This document shows positions 1 through 9,871 of a stretch of 64,000 bases of DNA, one piece after another (positions within the stretch are counted from its first letter, which is position 1; each line of letters starts with the position of its first letter). The notes beneath the pieces are model-generated. The model was given only the letters and a program-made list of their open reading frames with translations, was not told where the DNA came from and searched no databases. Made by a program: the position numbers and the translations under genes. This DNA comes from Clostridiales bacterium (GTDB lineage Bacteria; Bacillota; Clostridia; Oscillospirales; CAG-272), in assembly GCA_012514145.1 (NCBI GenBank), contig JAAZAV010000014.1, positions 119,265 to 183,264 of the forward strand. Direction: 5' to 3'.

Positions 1-659
1 CTGAGTCTGTGGGTTTTAAACATGAGATAATCAGCGTCAACGAGACGGGATTGGGCGGCTTTAAGGAGGTTTCCTTCATGATCGAGGGAGACGGAGCCTA
101 TTCTCGTCTGAAGTTCGAGAGCGGTGTCCACCGCGTTCAACGCGTACCGGAAACCGAGTCACAGGGACGCATTCACACCTCCACAGTTACAGTTGCGGTT
201 CTGCCCGAGGCAGAGGACGTTGAAGTCGAAATCAATACCGCGGATCTGAAGATCGAGACCATAAAAAGCAGCGGCGCCGGCGGTCAGCATGTCAACAAGA
301 CAGAGTCGGCGGTACGGCTTATTCACATCCCGACAGGTATAGTGATCGAATGCCAGGATGAGCGCAGTCAGCACAAAAACCGCGATAAAGCCATGAAGCT
401 GCTTCGTACCCGTCTTTTCGACATGAAACAGGCCGAGCAGGATGAAATGATTGCTTCCGAGAGACGCAGCCAGGTTGGTACCGGCGACCGCAGCGAACGC
501 ATCCGTACATACAACTACCCGCAAGGGCGTGTAACCGACCATCGTATAGGACTTACGGTATACAGCCTCGAAAATTTCCTCAACGGCAACATTGGCGAGA
601 TGATCGACGCTCTGATAGCCGCCGATACTGCAGAAAAACTTAAGAGCAGCGACTTCTAG
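1..659 (+). CDS. prfA: peptide chain release factor 1, C-terminal part (5' end lies outside the window)
   Basis: GGQ motif ([24 protein letters not shown]). RF1-type region [13 protein letters not shown]. The frame is open to the window edge and ends with TAG at 657-659. Confidence 0.93.
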   Translation, partial: ESVGFKHEIISVNETGLGGFKEVSFMIEGDGAYSRLKFESGVHRVQRVPETESQGRIHTSTVTVAVLPEAEDVEVEINTADLKIETIKSSGAGGQHVNKTESAVRLIHIPTGIVIECQDERSQHKNRDKAMKLLRTRLFDMKQAEQDEMIASERRSQVGTGDRSERIRTYNYPQGRVTDHRIGLTVYSLENFLNGNIGEMIDALIAADTAEKLKSSDF

Positions 660-707
660 GTCTTTACTATATCCGCCGCTTGTGCGGTACAAAACAAATA
701 TATAACA

Positions 708-745
708 ATCGGTACAGCAGAGAATTCCGCTGACCGATTTATTTT
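708..745 (+). terminator. hairpin plus T-tract downstream of prfA
   Basis: ATCGGT(a)CAGC ... GCTGACCGAT stem (10 bp, one bulge) followed by TTATTTT. It ends 3 nt before the tsaC ATG. Confidence 0.5.
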
Positions 746-748
746 GAA

Positions 749-1774
749 ATGAAAACCAGAATCATAACTCCTGACGACACCGCGGGCATGCTTGCGGCTG
801 CCGAAACTCTTAGACACGGGGGGCTGGTGGCATTCCCTACCGAGACGGTTTACGGGCTTGGCGGTAACGCTCTCGATCCGGCGGCTGCCGCGAAAATATA
901 TGAAGCCAAGGGGCGTCCCTCCGATAATCCGCTTATTATCCATGTCAATTCCATCGACGAAGCGGCTCTCTATTGCGAGGTTTGCGATCTTTACGAGCGG
1001 CTTTATCGGCATTTTCTGCCCGGACCCCTTACCGTGATTCTGCCAAAGCGCGACAATATCCCGTCTGAGGTCACTGCCGGACTGGATACTGTAGCGGTTC
1101 GTATACCATCCCACCCGGTAGCACGCAAACTCATAAGCCTTTCGGGGATACCGGTTGCCGCCCCGTCCGCCAACTCTTCAGGCAGACCAAGCCCGACCAC
1201 GGCATTGCATGTAGCCGAAGACTTAATCGGACGCATAGATTTCATAATTGATGGCGGGAGCTGTGATTTCGGACTTGAATCCACGATAGTCAAACCGGAG
1301 GGCAATAATCGGCTGACCGTACTTCGACCGGGTGCGGTGACACCCGAGATGCTCTCCAAGGTTTGCGATGAAGTTACGCTTGCGCCGTCGGTAACCGGTT
1401 TTTTCAGAGGCACAACCCCGGAAGCTCCCGGCATGAAGTATCGTCACTACGCGCCGAACCTGCCGGTTGTCATACTTGACGGCAGTGGCAAAGAAATCGA
1501 AAACTTTTTATCAGACAAAACCAACTTCGGCTTTCTTTGCTTCGACGAGGATATGGATATCTTTCAAGATAGAGATGATGTTGTTGCGATATCCATGGGC
1601 GGCTGCAGCGACTACGCAGCTCAGGCACACCGGCTTTTTGACTGCCTGCGCCACTTCGACGAGGTAGAGGGCATCGACACAATCTATGCCCGGATGCCGC
1701 GCCGGGACGGTGTTTCGCTTGCTGTCTTTAACCGCCTTGTAAAGGCAGCCGGAATGGACATTCGCAAGCTTTGA
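749..1774 (+). CDS. tsaC: L-threonylcarbamoyladenylate synthase (Sua5/YwlC/TsaC type, with C-terminal Sua5 domain)
   Basis: Motifs GGLVAFPTETVYGLGGNALD and KGRPSDNPLIIH. Its 341 aa length fits the long Sua5 form. Confidence 0.9.
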   Translation: MKTRIITPDDTAGMLAAAETLRHGGLVAFPTETVYGLGGNALDPAAAAKIYEAKGRPSDNPLIIHVNSIDEAALYCEVCDLYERLYRHFLPGPLTVILPKRDNIPSEVTAGLDTVAVRIPSHPVARKLISLSGIPVAAPSANSSGRPSPTTALHVAEDLIGRIDFIIDGGSCDFGLESTIVKPEGNNRLTVLRPGAVTPEMLSKVCDEVTLAPSVTGFFRGTTPEAPGMKYRHYAPNLPVVILDGSGKEIENFLSDKTNFGFLCFDEDMDIFQDRDDVVAISMGGCSDYAAQAHRLFDCLRHFDEVEGIDTIYARMPRRDGVSLAVFNRLVKAAGMDIRKL

Positions 1775-1819
1775 TTTTCGGATACATTAACAACCGACAT
1801 ATATAACATTGGAGAATAA

Positions 1820-4024
1820 ATGGCGAGGAAAAAATCAAATAACGCAAAAGAAAAATTGGAAGTCAAACCGGTCGAGATAACTGTTCAGCCGATTACCGAA
1901 ACGATAGAAAAGAACTTCATGCCCTATGCCATGAGTGTGATAGTGGCACGTGCAATTCCCGAAATTGACGGCTTCAAGCCGGCGCATCGCAAGCTGCTCT
2001 ACACTATGTATAAGATGGGGCTGCTGACAGGCGCCCGGGTCAAGAGTGCCAATGTAGTCGGACAGACCATGCGGCTCAGCCCACACGGCGACGCGGCTAT
2101 TTATGAAACACTGGTTCGTCTTACCAGGGGCAACGATACCCTGCTTCATCCCTTCATAGATTCAAAGGGCAGCTTCGGCAAGCATTACAGCAGCGATATG
2201 GCATACGCCGCACAGCGTTACACAGAGGTTAAACTTGACCCTTTCTGTTCTGAACTGTTCAGCGGTATAAACATGAACTCCGTGGATTTCGTACCCAATT
2301 ACGACAACACCACCGAGGAACCGCTGCTTCTGCCCACGACCTTCCCAAACATACTGGTGACTCCGAACCTTGGCATAGCCGTGGGCATGGCAAGCAAAAT
2401 CTGTTCTTTCAACCTCGCCGAGGTGTGCGATGCGGCTACACAGATGCTAATGAGTCCCGAGACAACGGTAAACCAGTTGCTGGATATACTTGTAGCACCC
2501 GACTTCTCAAATGGTGCCGATCTGATCTACAGCCGTTCTCAGCTGCATGAAATATACTCCGCCGGCCGGGGAAGTTTCAGACTGCGATCAAGGTATGTTT
2601 ACGACAAATCCGCGAACTGTATAAACATCACGCAGATTCCCTACACTACTACGATTGAAGCGATAATCAAGCGGATTTCCGATCTTGTGAAGGACGGAAA
2701 ACTCAAGGAGATCACCGATTTTCGCGATGAGATCGATCTAAGCGGCTTTAAACTTACTCTGGATCTGCGGCGCGGTGTGGATCCCGACAAGCTGATGCTA
2801 AAGCTCTTTAAGATTACCCCGCTGGAGGACAGTTTCGATTGTAATTTTAATGTGCTTATTGACGGAATTCCGCGTCAGCTCGGGGTTCCCGAACTGCTAG
2901 ATGAGTGGATCCGCTTCCGTGTTGGCTGTATAAGACGTGAACTTACATATCAGCTCGACCGGCAGCGCGAGAAACTTCATCTTCTGCTTGCGCTTGGCAA
3001 GATTCTGCTTGACATCGACAAGGCTATCGCTATTATACGTGATACCAAGCTGGAAAAGGATGTTGTGCCAAACCTGATGGACGGCTTCGGCATCGACCAG
3101 GTTCAGGCTGAGTTCATAGCCGAAATCAAGCTCCGCAACCTAAACCGCGAGCATATACTTAACAGACTGCAGGAGATCGAGGACCTGCAGAAGGAGATTG
3201 CGGATCTTGAACTGACTGTCGCAAGCGATAAAAAGCTCAAGACACTTATTGTCGGTCAGCTCAAGAATGTCAAAAAGAAGTACGGAAAACCGCGCATGAC
3301 GCAGCTGATCTATGAAGACGAATTAGTCGAATACGAGGAAGAGGAGGAGATTGATACCTCCGATGTCCGTATAGTCTTTACTTCGGAGGGTTATTTCAAA
3401 AAGGTAACAAAAGCATCTCTGCGCGGCAACGACGAATTCAAGCTGAAGGATGGCGACACGATTATCTACAATGCCGACGTGCCAAACAATGCCGAACTGC
3501 TCTTCTTCAGCGATCTCGGTCAATGCTACAAAGCGAAGGTCAGCGACTTTGAGCCTCAGAAAGCCGCCGAGCTTGGTGAATACATACCGGTGCGGTTGGA
3601 TTTCGACGAGGGCGAGCGCGCCGTGACCATGGCTGTGGTGACAAACTTCATGCACGGCAATATGATATTCATATTCCAAAACGGCAAGGGCGTACGCATT
3701 CCGATATCGGCCTATGAAACCAAGACAAACCGCCGCAAACTGACCGGCGCCTATTCTGTTTCCTCACCTATTGTCGGTATATTCCAGGAGGACGCTCCGG
3801 TTGATATACTGTTAACCTCTGATGGCGGCAGGGCTCTGGTGTTCTCCAGCAATCTGATAGCCGTCAAAACTACTCGTTCATCCGTGGGTAATGCTATATT
3901 CACGTTGAAGGAAGGTCAATCGGTTATATCTGCGTCGCTCTGCGACCTTAAGTCGAATCCCGACGCCAAGTCCTACCGCAAAACTAAAATCCCGTCAACC
4001 GGGGCAAAGCAGATTCTCGGTTGA
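1820..4024 (+). CDS. parC: type IIA topoisomerase subunit A (ParC / topo IV-like)
   Basis: N-terminal GyrA/ParC signature MPYAMSVIVARAIPEIDGFKPAHRKLLY. Catalytic Tyr context AAQRYTEVKL. At 734 aa it is shorter than typical GyrA. GGAGA lies upstream of the ATG. Confidence 0.88.
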   Translation: MARKKSNNAKEKLEVKPVEITVQPITETIEKNFMPYAMSVIVARAIPEIDGFKPAHRKLLYTMYKMGLLTGARVKSANVVGQTMRLSPHGDAAIYETLVRLTRGNDTLLHPFIDSKGSFGKHYSSDMAYAAQRYTEVKLDPFCSELFSGINMNSVDFVPNYDNTTEEPLLLPTTFPNILVTPNLGIAVGMASKICSFNLAEVCDAATQMLMSPETTVNQLLDILVAPDFSNGADLIYSRSQLHEIYSAGRGSFRLRSRYVYDKSANCINITQIPYTTTIEAIIKRISDLVKDGKLKEITDFRDEIDLSGFKLTLDLRRGVDPDKLMLKLFKITPLEDSFDCNFNVLIDGIPRQLGVPELLDEWIRFRVGCIRRELTYQLDRQREKLHLLLALGKILLDIDKAIAIIRDTKLEKDVVPNLMDGFGIDQVQAEFIAEIKLRNLNREHILNRLQEIEDLQKEIADLELTVASDKKLKTLIVGQLKNVKKKYGKPRMTQLIYEDELVEYEEEEEIDTSDVRIVFTSEGYFKKVTKASLRGNDEFKLKDGDTIIYNADVPNNAELLFFSDLGQCYKAKVSDFEPQKAAELGEYIPVRLDFDEGERAVTMAVVTNFMHGNMIFIFQNGKGVRIPISAYETKTNRRKLTGAYSVSSPIVGIFQEDAPVDILLTSDGGRALVFSSNLIAVKTTRSSVGNAIFTLKEGQSVISASLCDLKSNPDAKSYRKTKIPSTGAKQILG

Positions 4025-4071
4025 ACTAAAGATAGAGTTTTATACACTCGGCATAAATCAGTAAACAAGTG

Positions 4072-4110
4072 ATACGGCAGTCCGAAAGTACAATGGACTG
4101 CCGTATTTTT
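4072..4110 (+). terminator. rho-independent terminator after parC
   Basis: Perfect 12-bp stem ATACGGCAGTCC / GGACTGCCGTAT with an 11-nt loop, followed by TTTT. Confidence 0.8.
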
Positions 4111-4238
4111 ATGTATGTTGTAAAGTCAGACAACATTCTGTGACCGCATACTGAACTGCAACTGCCAGGTAAAACAGAACACAAAAAATATATTAGCTTG
4201 TTCTCTCGCTGCTGAATAATACATAAAATTTCTAAATC

Positions 4239-5048
4239 TCACTTGTTCTCAGTAACTCCGACAGCGGCACGGATGCTCCAATCTTTCTCAATAAGACACT
4301 TCTCCGATTCTTCCGGTGTGATTTCAAGAATATCCGACACTATGGAAACGGCACGGGCACGGAGTTTGATGTTGGTAGGCTTCATATTCACCATGTAATT
4401 TCGGACGGTACAGCCCATTTTAATAAATACCGCGGTAGAAAACATATTCAGCATCATTTTCTGTGAGGTACCCGCTTTCATTCTTGTGGAACCGGTTATA
4501 GCCTCGGCACCGGTAAGAGCTTCAACCGCAATATCGGCGATCTCCGCCATCGGTGTACCCTCGTTATTAACCATAGCTCCGACGATACATCCCGCAGCCT
4601 TTGCAGCCTCCATGAATGCAAGTACAAAAGGCGCACGACCGGCTGCCGATATGCCGATTACCAGGTCTCCCGCCTTACATCCGGCCTCCTCAAACGCGGC
4701 AACACCGCGCTCGCGGCTGTCTTCACAACCCTCTGCGGCATTAACTATCGCACCCGGTCCTCCCGCGATAACCGCAGTAACGGTCTCACGGGACACACCG
4801 TAGGTCTGCGGACATTCGGAGGCATCAACCACCGCCAGCCGTCCGCTGGTTCCGCAGCCCACATAGAATATCCGACCGCCGTTCTTAAGTGTATTTACGC
4901 CGGCTTCAACAAGTTTTGCAATCTGCGGTATGCAGAGATTAACCGCAGCCGCCACGGTTGCATCCTGTTCGTTTATCATACGCAGCATATCCTCAGTAGA
5001 GGCATCGGAAATTCCTGTTGTCGCTTTGTTGACACTTTCGGTACCCAT
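4239..5048 (-). CDS. murQ: N-acetylmuramic acid 6-phosphate etherase
   Basis: SIS-domain etherase signature GRIFYVGCGTSGRLAVVDASECPQTYGV. ATG at 5048 with AAGGAG 9 nt upstream; the alternative TTG start is at 5051. Confidence 0.87.
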   Translation of the reverse strand: MGTESVNKATTGISDASTEDMLRMINEQDATVAAAVNLCIPQIAKLVEAGVNTLKNGGRIFYVGCGTSGRLAVVDASECPQTYGVSRETVTAVIAGGPGAIVNAAEGCEDSRERGVAAFEEAGCKAGDLVIGISAAGRAPFVLAFMEAAKAAGCIVGAMVNNEGTPMAEIADIAVEALTGAEAITGSTRMKAGTSQKMMLNMFSTAVFIKMGCTVRNYMVNMKPTNIKLRARAVSIVSDILEITPEESEKCLIEKDWSIRAAVGVTENK

Positions 5049-5303
5049 CAATAATATCTCCTTGTATATGTATATCCGTGATTATATGTTTTTATACACT
5101 ATAATATTTACAAATAAACGTCTCTTTTCTATAACGCTTTAATTATGTGTTTGACTTATCTGTACATTAATTATACCACCTCATAACTTGCCGGTCAAGC
5201 ATTTCAGGTACCATGTTCTTAATAAATAACACTATGTTGTATAGTATACATGTTTCAAGTGTTTAGCATCTGTTAATTTTGCTTTAATTTCAAATATCTA
5301 TCA

Positions 5304-5332
5304 TTGAAATATCAAACACTTAATGATATAAT
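5304..5332 (+). promoter_or_regulatory. sigma-A type promoter for the 5382 gene
   Basis: TTGAAA (5304-5309), 17-nt spacer, TGaTATAAT (TATAAT at 5327-5332). Confidence 0.65.
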
Positions 5333-5381
5333 GACCGCCATACGCAACACAAATCACTATTTCTACGGGAGTCATATAAGC

Positions 5382-5927
5382 ATGCAAAAGAAGCATCTTG
5401 CAGCTATAGTCGCTGCAGCCTGCATATCGCTTTCGGCGGTCGGATTTACTATATTTGCGGAAGGCGGTGAGTCATTCAGCACCGCATCCGATCCGCTTGT
5501 AACATACAGCTATCTGCAAAAGATGAAGTACGAACTAACCACCGAACTGCGCGAGTCTTTGAAGGCTGAGTTGAAAGAGTCATTAAAGACCGATCTGACC
5601 GAATCGATACGCGCAGAACTGCGAGCTGAAATGGCTGCCGAAACGCAATATAAGGTTTTAGAGATGCACAGCGGACAGCAGTTCCTTGCTTCGGGAGCCT
5701 GTGAGGTCATCCTGCGTTCGGGTGATGCGTCTGTGGTTGTAACCGACCCGGTGAACATCGCAAGCCAGATAGGTCTGTCTGACGTTACAGCCGGCAGTGA
5801 ACTGCTTATAGGTGCATCAATGCCGAAAAATCACTATATAATCATACCGAGAGGCGACGGCCGCGGTTTTTGTATAACCTCGGATATCGCTTATATAATG
5901 GTCAGGGGGGCATATACAGTTGGCTAA
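5382..5927 (+). CDS. hypothetical membrane-anchored protein with a charged coiled-coil-like segment
   Basis: One N-terminal TM (HLAAIVAAACISLSAVGFTIFA), then ELRESLKAELKESLKTDLTESIRAELRAEM. The start was moved from the TTG at 5304, which is the -35 box, to the ATG at 5382 with GGGAG 11 nt upstream. Confidence 0.7.
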   Translation: MQKKHLAAIVAAACISLSAVGFTIFAEGGESFSTASDPLVTYSYLQKMKYELTTELRESLKAELKESLKTDLTESIRAELRAEMAAETQYKVLEMHSGQQFLASGACEVILRSGDASVVVTDPVNIASQIGLSDVTAGSELLIGASMPKNHYIIIPRGDGRGFCITSDIAYIMVRGAYTVG

Positions 5928-7899
5928 AAACAGCGAAAACAAAAACGAGACAAAGAAAAAAAAGATGTCAAAGCGCGCTCTCATGGTCAGAATCATGGCT
6001 ATCATTCTCTGTGCGCTTATGCTGCTCAGTGTGATTGCTGTTCTGATTCCCTTCCTCGGGATTGATTCATATGCTGCCGGTTATGATCCTGATACCACCG
6101 TCCGTGTCGGACTGATGTACGGCAGCAATGTTACAATCGGCTTCGAAACAAAAGCCGAGCACGGGTTTGTAATCGGCTCTGTCGATGCGCTCAACAACTT
6201 CACAGCAATGTGGCAGGTTGCCGAAACGACCGTATCGGCAACCTGCGATTGTAATTTAGCTAATAATTCCCGCACCTTTTCAGCAATTTCATCCGACAGC
6301 CCGGATGTTGGCGGTTATCATCTACAAATGCCCTGGGATCAGATGCTTACACTCGAACAAGCCATAGCGAATCTGCAAGCAAATCTTGTCTCATACAACT
6401 TTAATATCTTCCCGGCTTATATAAACGGGCAGATGTGTATCAGGATCGGTTCATTCGGTTCCGAAGCCGCAGCACTTCAGATGCTGTCCGGTCTGATAGG
6501 TGTCTATCCGACACTCACCCTTGCCGTTCCGTCGCTTACCGCGGTATCGGTGGTCAATCCCTACACAAACACCATACTTTACGAGCATGACAGCCGCTCC
6601 GCGGGTTATGAACTTGGCATCGCCGCATATCAGGGCGGTACCGGGAAGTCGACACTTATCACTCCCGCACAGAACCATTATGAAGGCATCTTCGAGTTTT
6701 CGCGCAACAAAGCCGGCACCGACGGAGTGGCGCTTACAAATGTTCTGACAATAGAAGAGTATGTGGAATGTGTACTGCCCTGGGAAATCGGCAACACATG
6801 GCCTATCGAGGCTCAGAAAGCCTTCGCTATAACCGCACGTACCTTCGCTCTGTCTATGCTGGGACGGCACAGGGTGTCATACGGTTTCGATATGTGCAAC
6901 GGTACCCATTGTCAGTCATTCATGGGCTGTGCGCGGACGACGGATCTTGTGCGTCAGGCGGTAAGCGAAACTGCGGGACAGATTCTCACTTATAACGGAG
7001 AGCCCTGCAACACCTACTACTCGGCGGTTGCGGGTGGTGTGACAGCCTCAGCTGCCGAAGTATGGGGAGCCTCATCCGCCCGTCCTTATCTCACTGCCGT
7101 ACCTACCCCCTGGGAAAACTACGCCAGCCATAAAAACGGTTCATGGAAAAGAGAGGTGTCTCCGAAGGAACTGTGCGAATATCTTAACGGCAAGGGTTAC
7201 ACCGATCTGACCGGCGCGATTGCTTCAATATCCGTGAACAGTTATGCCGAGAACTCATCATACATATATTCGCTGACCTTAACCGATACCGCGGGACATT
7301 CAGTTACAATAAAGACCTGCGATAAGATACGCCTGGCTCTCGGCGCCTATGTAAACAGCGCTAACTTTGTTGTAGGACGCGCCGGGGATACTGTTGATGT
7401 GATTACCTACAGCCTCAATACAAATGTACCGATCATAGCGCCCTCTAAAACAACATATCCGGGCGCGTCTGTAATCACTGAAAACGGGGTGATAAATGAA
7501 AGGATATACGGTGAGATCAACGTGCTTACCGCTGCCGGCATTGAGACGGTCACGGCTCTCGACAGTCTTAATGTTATAACTCAGTACAGCGACAGCATTG
7601 ACTACAACATGATAAGCGAGACTGGATTTGAAGAGAGTGAAACCTATACTTATATCCCCGCTGAGCGGGCTAACCTTGGCAACATCAGGTCTTATGAAGT
7701 AATAAAGACGATTGAGCCGATCACCCTTGACGGAGCAGCAGGCAACTATGTTTTTGTCGGACGCGGCTGGGGGCACGGAGTGGGAATGAGCCAATGGGGC
7801 ACCAAGAATATGGCAGAGCTGGGCTACACAAGCAATGAAATTCTTGCTGCCTATTTCCCCGGAACCGTTGTACTCCCGATTGAACAGGTCAATCGGTGA
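5920..7899 (+). CDS. SpoIID/LytB domain-containing protein
   Basis: N-terminal TM, then SpoIID motifs EEYVECVLPWEIGNTWPIEAQKAFAITARTFAL, CNGTHCQSFMG, YYSAVAGGVTASAAEVWG and GRGWGHGVGMSQWGTKNMAELGY. TTG start at 5920; the alternative ATG is at 5965. Confidence 0.85.
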   Translation: MAKNSENKNETKKKKMSKRALMVRIMAIILCALMLLSVIAVLIPFLGIDSYAAGYDPDTTVRVGLMYGSNVTIGFETKAEHGFVIGSVDALNNFTAMWQVAETTVSATCDCNLANNSRTFSAISSDSPDVGGYHLQMPWDQMLTLEQAIANLQANLVSYNFNIFPAYINGQMCIRIGSFGSEAAALQMLSGLIGVYPTLTLAVPSLTAVSVVNPYTNTILYEHDSRSAGYELGIAAYQGGTGKSTLITPAQNHYEGIFEFSRNKAGTDGVALTNVLTIEEYVECVLPWEIGNTWPIEAQKAFAITARTFALSMLGRHRVSYGFDMCNGTHCQSFMGCARTTDLVRQAVSETAGQILTYNGEPCNTYYSAVAGGVTASAAEVWGASSARPYLTAVPTPWENYASHKNGSWKREVSPKELCEYLNGKGYTDLTGAIASISVNSYAENSSYIYSLTLTDTAGHSVTIKTCDKIRLALGAYVNSANFVVGRAGDTVDVITYSLNTNVPIIAPSKTTYPGASVITENGVINERIYGEINVLTAAGIETVTALDSLNVITQYSDSIDYNMISETGFEESETYTYIPAERANLGNIRSYEVIKTIEPITLDGAAGNYVFVGRGWGHGVGMSQWGTKNMAELGYTSNEILAAYFPGTVVLPIEQVNR

Positions 7900-7920
7900 T
7901 AAATCTTTAGCTGATGATAT

Positions 7921-7954
7921 AAACGGTGCCACGTCACATAAACGGGCACCGTTT
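7921..7954. terminator. shared hairpin between convergent genes
   Basis: AAACGGTGCC ... GGCACCGTTT 10-bp stem between the SpoIID-like stop (7899) and the BNR gene stop (8010). Short T-runs on both strands. Confidence 0.55.
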
Positions 7955-8009
7955 CCATATGCTAAATATTTATATACTACATGTATCGAAAAGAATGCGA
8001 CAGACTAAA

Positions 8010-9119
8010 TCAAAGCTTCCACCGTGTATAGAGGAAGGAGCACTTCTCACCGGGCGCATATTTCTGATAGAATACGGTAAGTATACTGCCGTCGTCCAGT
8101 TCAACCGAAGCGGGATAACCGAGATCGCCGTCGGGACCGTCGGTGCGGAGAATATACTCCTCCCAGGTCTTGCCCTCGTCATAACTGACAAGCGCTCTTT
8201 CGCCGAAGGGCGGAATGCGGCGTCCGAAGGCACATATGATAGCACCTGATGAGTGGCGGAGCAGATGCGGGGGCGAACCGCAGACGTCAAGCTGCTCCAT
8301 GGGCGACCAGGTCAGACCGCCGTCCTTCGAAATTGTCTTGAATATCGAGAAACCGTGCTTAACCGGTTCACGCTCGGCGCGGATAACACCGAGTATGCTG
8401 CCGTCTTTCAGCTCAATCGAATGAGGCTCGTGGAAGTTGTGGGGGGTGTAGCCCTCGGGGATATCAACTGCACCCAGCCGCTGCCAGGTCATGCCGTCGT
8501 CACGGCTGGAATATGCGACCACGGCATGAGGAAGCTCGGGATTCGGCCATTTTTCGGAATACAGCTCCTTGCCAAGGTAAAGCAGGCTGCCATCCGAGCG
8601 TAGAATGGGACCGTGAGGTGCACTGACCGGTAGCTGAACCGTATCTCCCCAGGTGACACCGCCATCACGGCTGAGACGCACGAATGAACCGCCGCGGTTA
8701 GCGGGATCGGGAATCTCATAGAAGGTCGCAAGCTGTGCCATGGCGACATTCGCTTCGGGGAAGTTCATCGAATTCTTGATCCCGTTTGCATAGGTATGCA
8801 AATATACTTCGGTCGGATGGGCAAACCAGGTAATAAGCAGTTTGTTATTGCCGAGGCAGACAATACCGGCATCCCGGTCGTCAAGGGGTGTATCGTTGAC
8901 AACGATAGGCGGGGTCCAGGTCTCTCCGTCGTCACGGCTTACGAACATGACCGTTTTGCCGAAGGGGCAGACATGGGCGGCACGGAAACCGGAGCAGACA
9001 GCGTATAAGACACCCTTTTCGTCTCTGGCAACCGACGGCCAGCCGTGATAACCATACATACCGGACAGACGGCTGATAATGCCGTTGCGGATTATGGTTG
9101 GTGTGACTTCCTTGTACAT
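8010..9119 (-). CDS. BNR/Asp-box repeat protein, sialidase-like beta-propeller, no signal peptide
   Basis: Five Asp-box repeats: SRDDGETWT, SRDGGVTWG, SRDDGMTWQ, SKDGGLTWS, SYDEGKTWE. Confidence 0.8.
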   Translation of the reverse strand: MYKEVTPTIIRNGIISRLSGMYGYHGWPSVARDEKGVLYAVCSGFRAAHVCPFGKTVMFVSRDDGETWTPPIVVNDTPLDDRDAGIVCLGNNKLLITWFAHPTEVYLHTYANGIKNSMNFPEANVAMAQLATFYEIPDPANRGGSFVRLSRDGGVTWGDTVQLPVSAPHGPILRSDGSLLYLGKELYSEKWPNPELPHAVVAYSSRDDGMTWQRLGAVDIPEGYTPHNFHEPHSIELKDGSILGVIRAEREPVKHGFSIFKTISKDGGLTWSPMEQLDVCGSPPHLLRHSSGAIICAFGRRIPPFGERALVSYDEGKTWEEYILRTDGPDGDLGYPASVELDDGSILTVFYQKYAPGEKCSFLYTRWKL

Positions 9120-9148
9120 AAATACCTCCCGGTTTTGATTTTTTATAC

Positions 9149-9178
9149 TTTACACAGCGCTTATGCGGGCTGTATAAT
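9149..9178 (+). promoter_or_regulatory. sigma-A type promoter for the 9208 gene
   Basis: TTTACA (9149-9154), 18-nt spacer, TATAAT (9173-9178). Confidence 0.5.
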
Positions 9179-9207
9179 ATCGACATTAAACATAACGGGG
9201 TACGAAA

Positions 9208-9867
9208 ATGCTTATTAAATCGCCGAAGAATCGCGCGGCGCTTTCACTCGCTGCGTCTTTCATTGTCATACTGACGACTGCCAAGTCGCTTCTGACCTTC
9301 TTCACCGGCTTCGGTTCAGGGAATATGTATATAACCGGTGCAGAGTGTTTCAAGTATTTCACTGTCGATTCCAACATTCTTGCCGCGCTTTGCTGCTCTG
9401 TACTTATACCATATGCACTGAAGGCTCTGTCCGGCAGCGGGGAGTATATTCTGCCGCGGTTTGCGCTCCGTCTAAAGCTGACGGGAACGGCGGCGGTGAC
9501 CGTTACCATGCTGACAGTAATATTCTTCCTTGGACCTGTTCAGGGCTACGGTTATATGTATATCGGAGACAACCTCTGGCTGCATCTGATAAATCCTCTT
9601 ATCTGTGAGGTGTCCTTCATACTCCTCGAAGCGGGTGAAATGAAAAAGCGCGACGCCCTTTACGGTATGCTTCCGACTTTGGTTTACGGTATTATCTACC
9701 TGATTATGGTCGTGGTAATCGGCGAAAGCAAGGGCGGCTGGCGTGACTTCTACGGATTCAACGCCGGCGGCATGTGGCCCGTGTCATTTGCTGCGATGCT
9801 TGCGGCAACTCTTATTATCTCATACGGATTATACGCGCTGAGACGGCTTTGCATGAATCGTAAGTAA
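9208..9867 (+). CDS. hypothetical integral membrane protein (5-6 predicted TM helices)
   Basis: Hydrophobic segments throughout. The FTVDSNIL motif is reminiscent of Pr6Pr/AIG1-like membrane proteins; that family assignment is tentative. Confidence 0.65.
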   Translation: MLIKSPKNRAALSLAASFIVILTTAKSLLTFFTGFGSGNMYITGAECFKYFTVDSNILAALCCSVLIPYALKALSGSGEYILPRFALRLKLTGTAAVTVTMLTVIFFLGPVQGYGYMYIGDNLWLHLINPLICEVSFILLEAGEMKKRDALYGMLPTLVYGIIYLIMVVVIGESKGGWRDFYGFNAGGMWPVSFAAMLAATLIISYGLYALRRLCMNRK

Positions 9868-9871
9868 TCTG

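Noticed and set aside
5304-5381. TTG at 5304 as the start of the 207-aa ORF.
   Set aside because: This TTG is the first base triplet of the TTGAAA -35 box of a TTGAAA-17-TGaTATAAT promoter. The ATG at 5382 has a GGGAG ribosome-binding site and begins directly before the TM helix.
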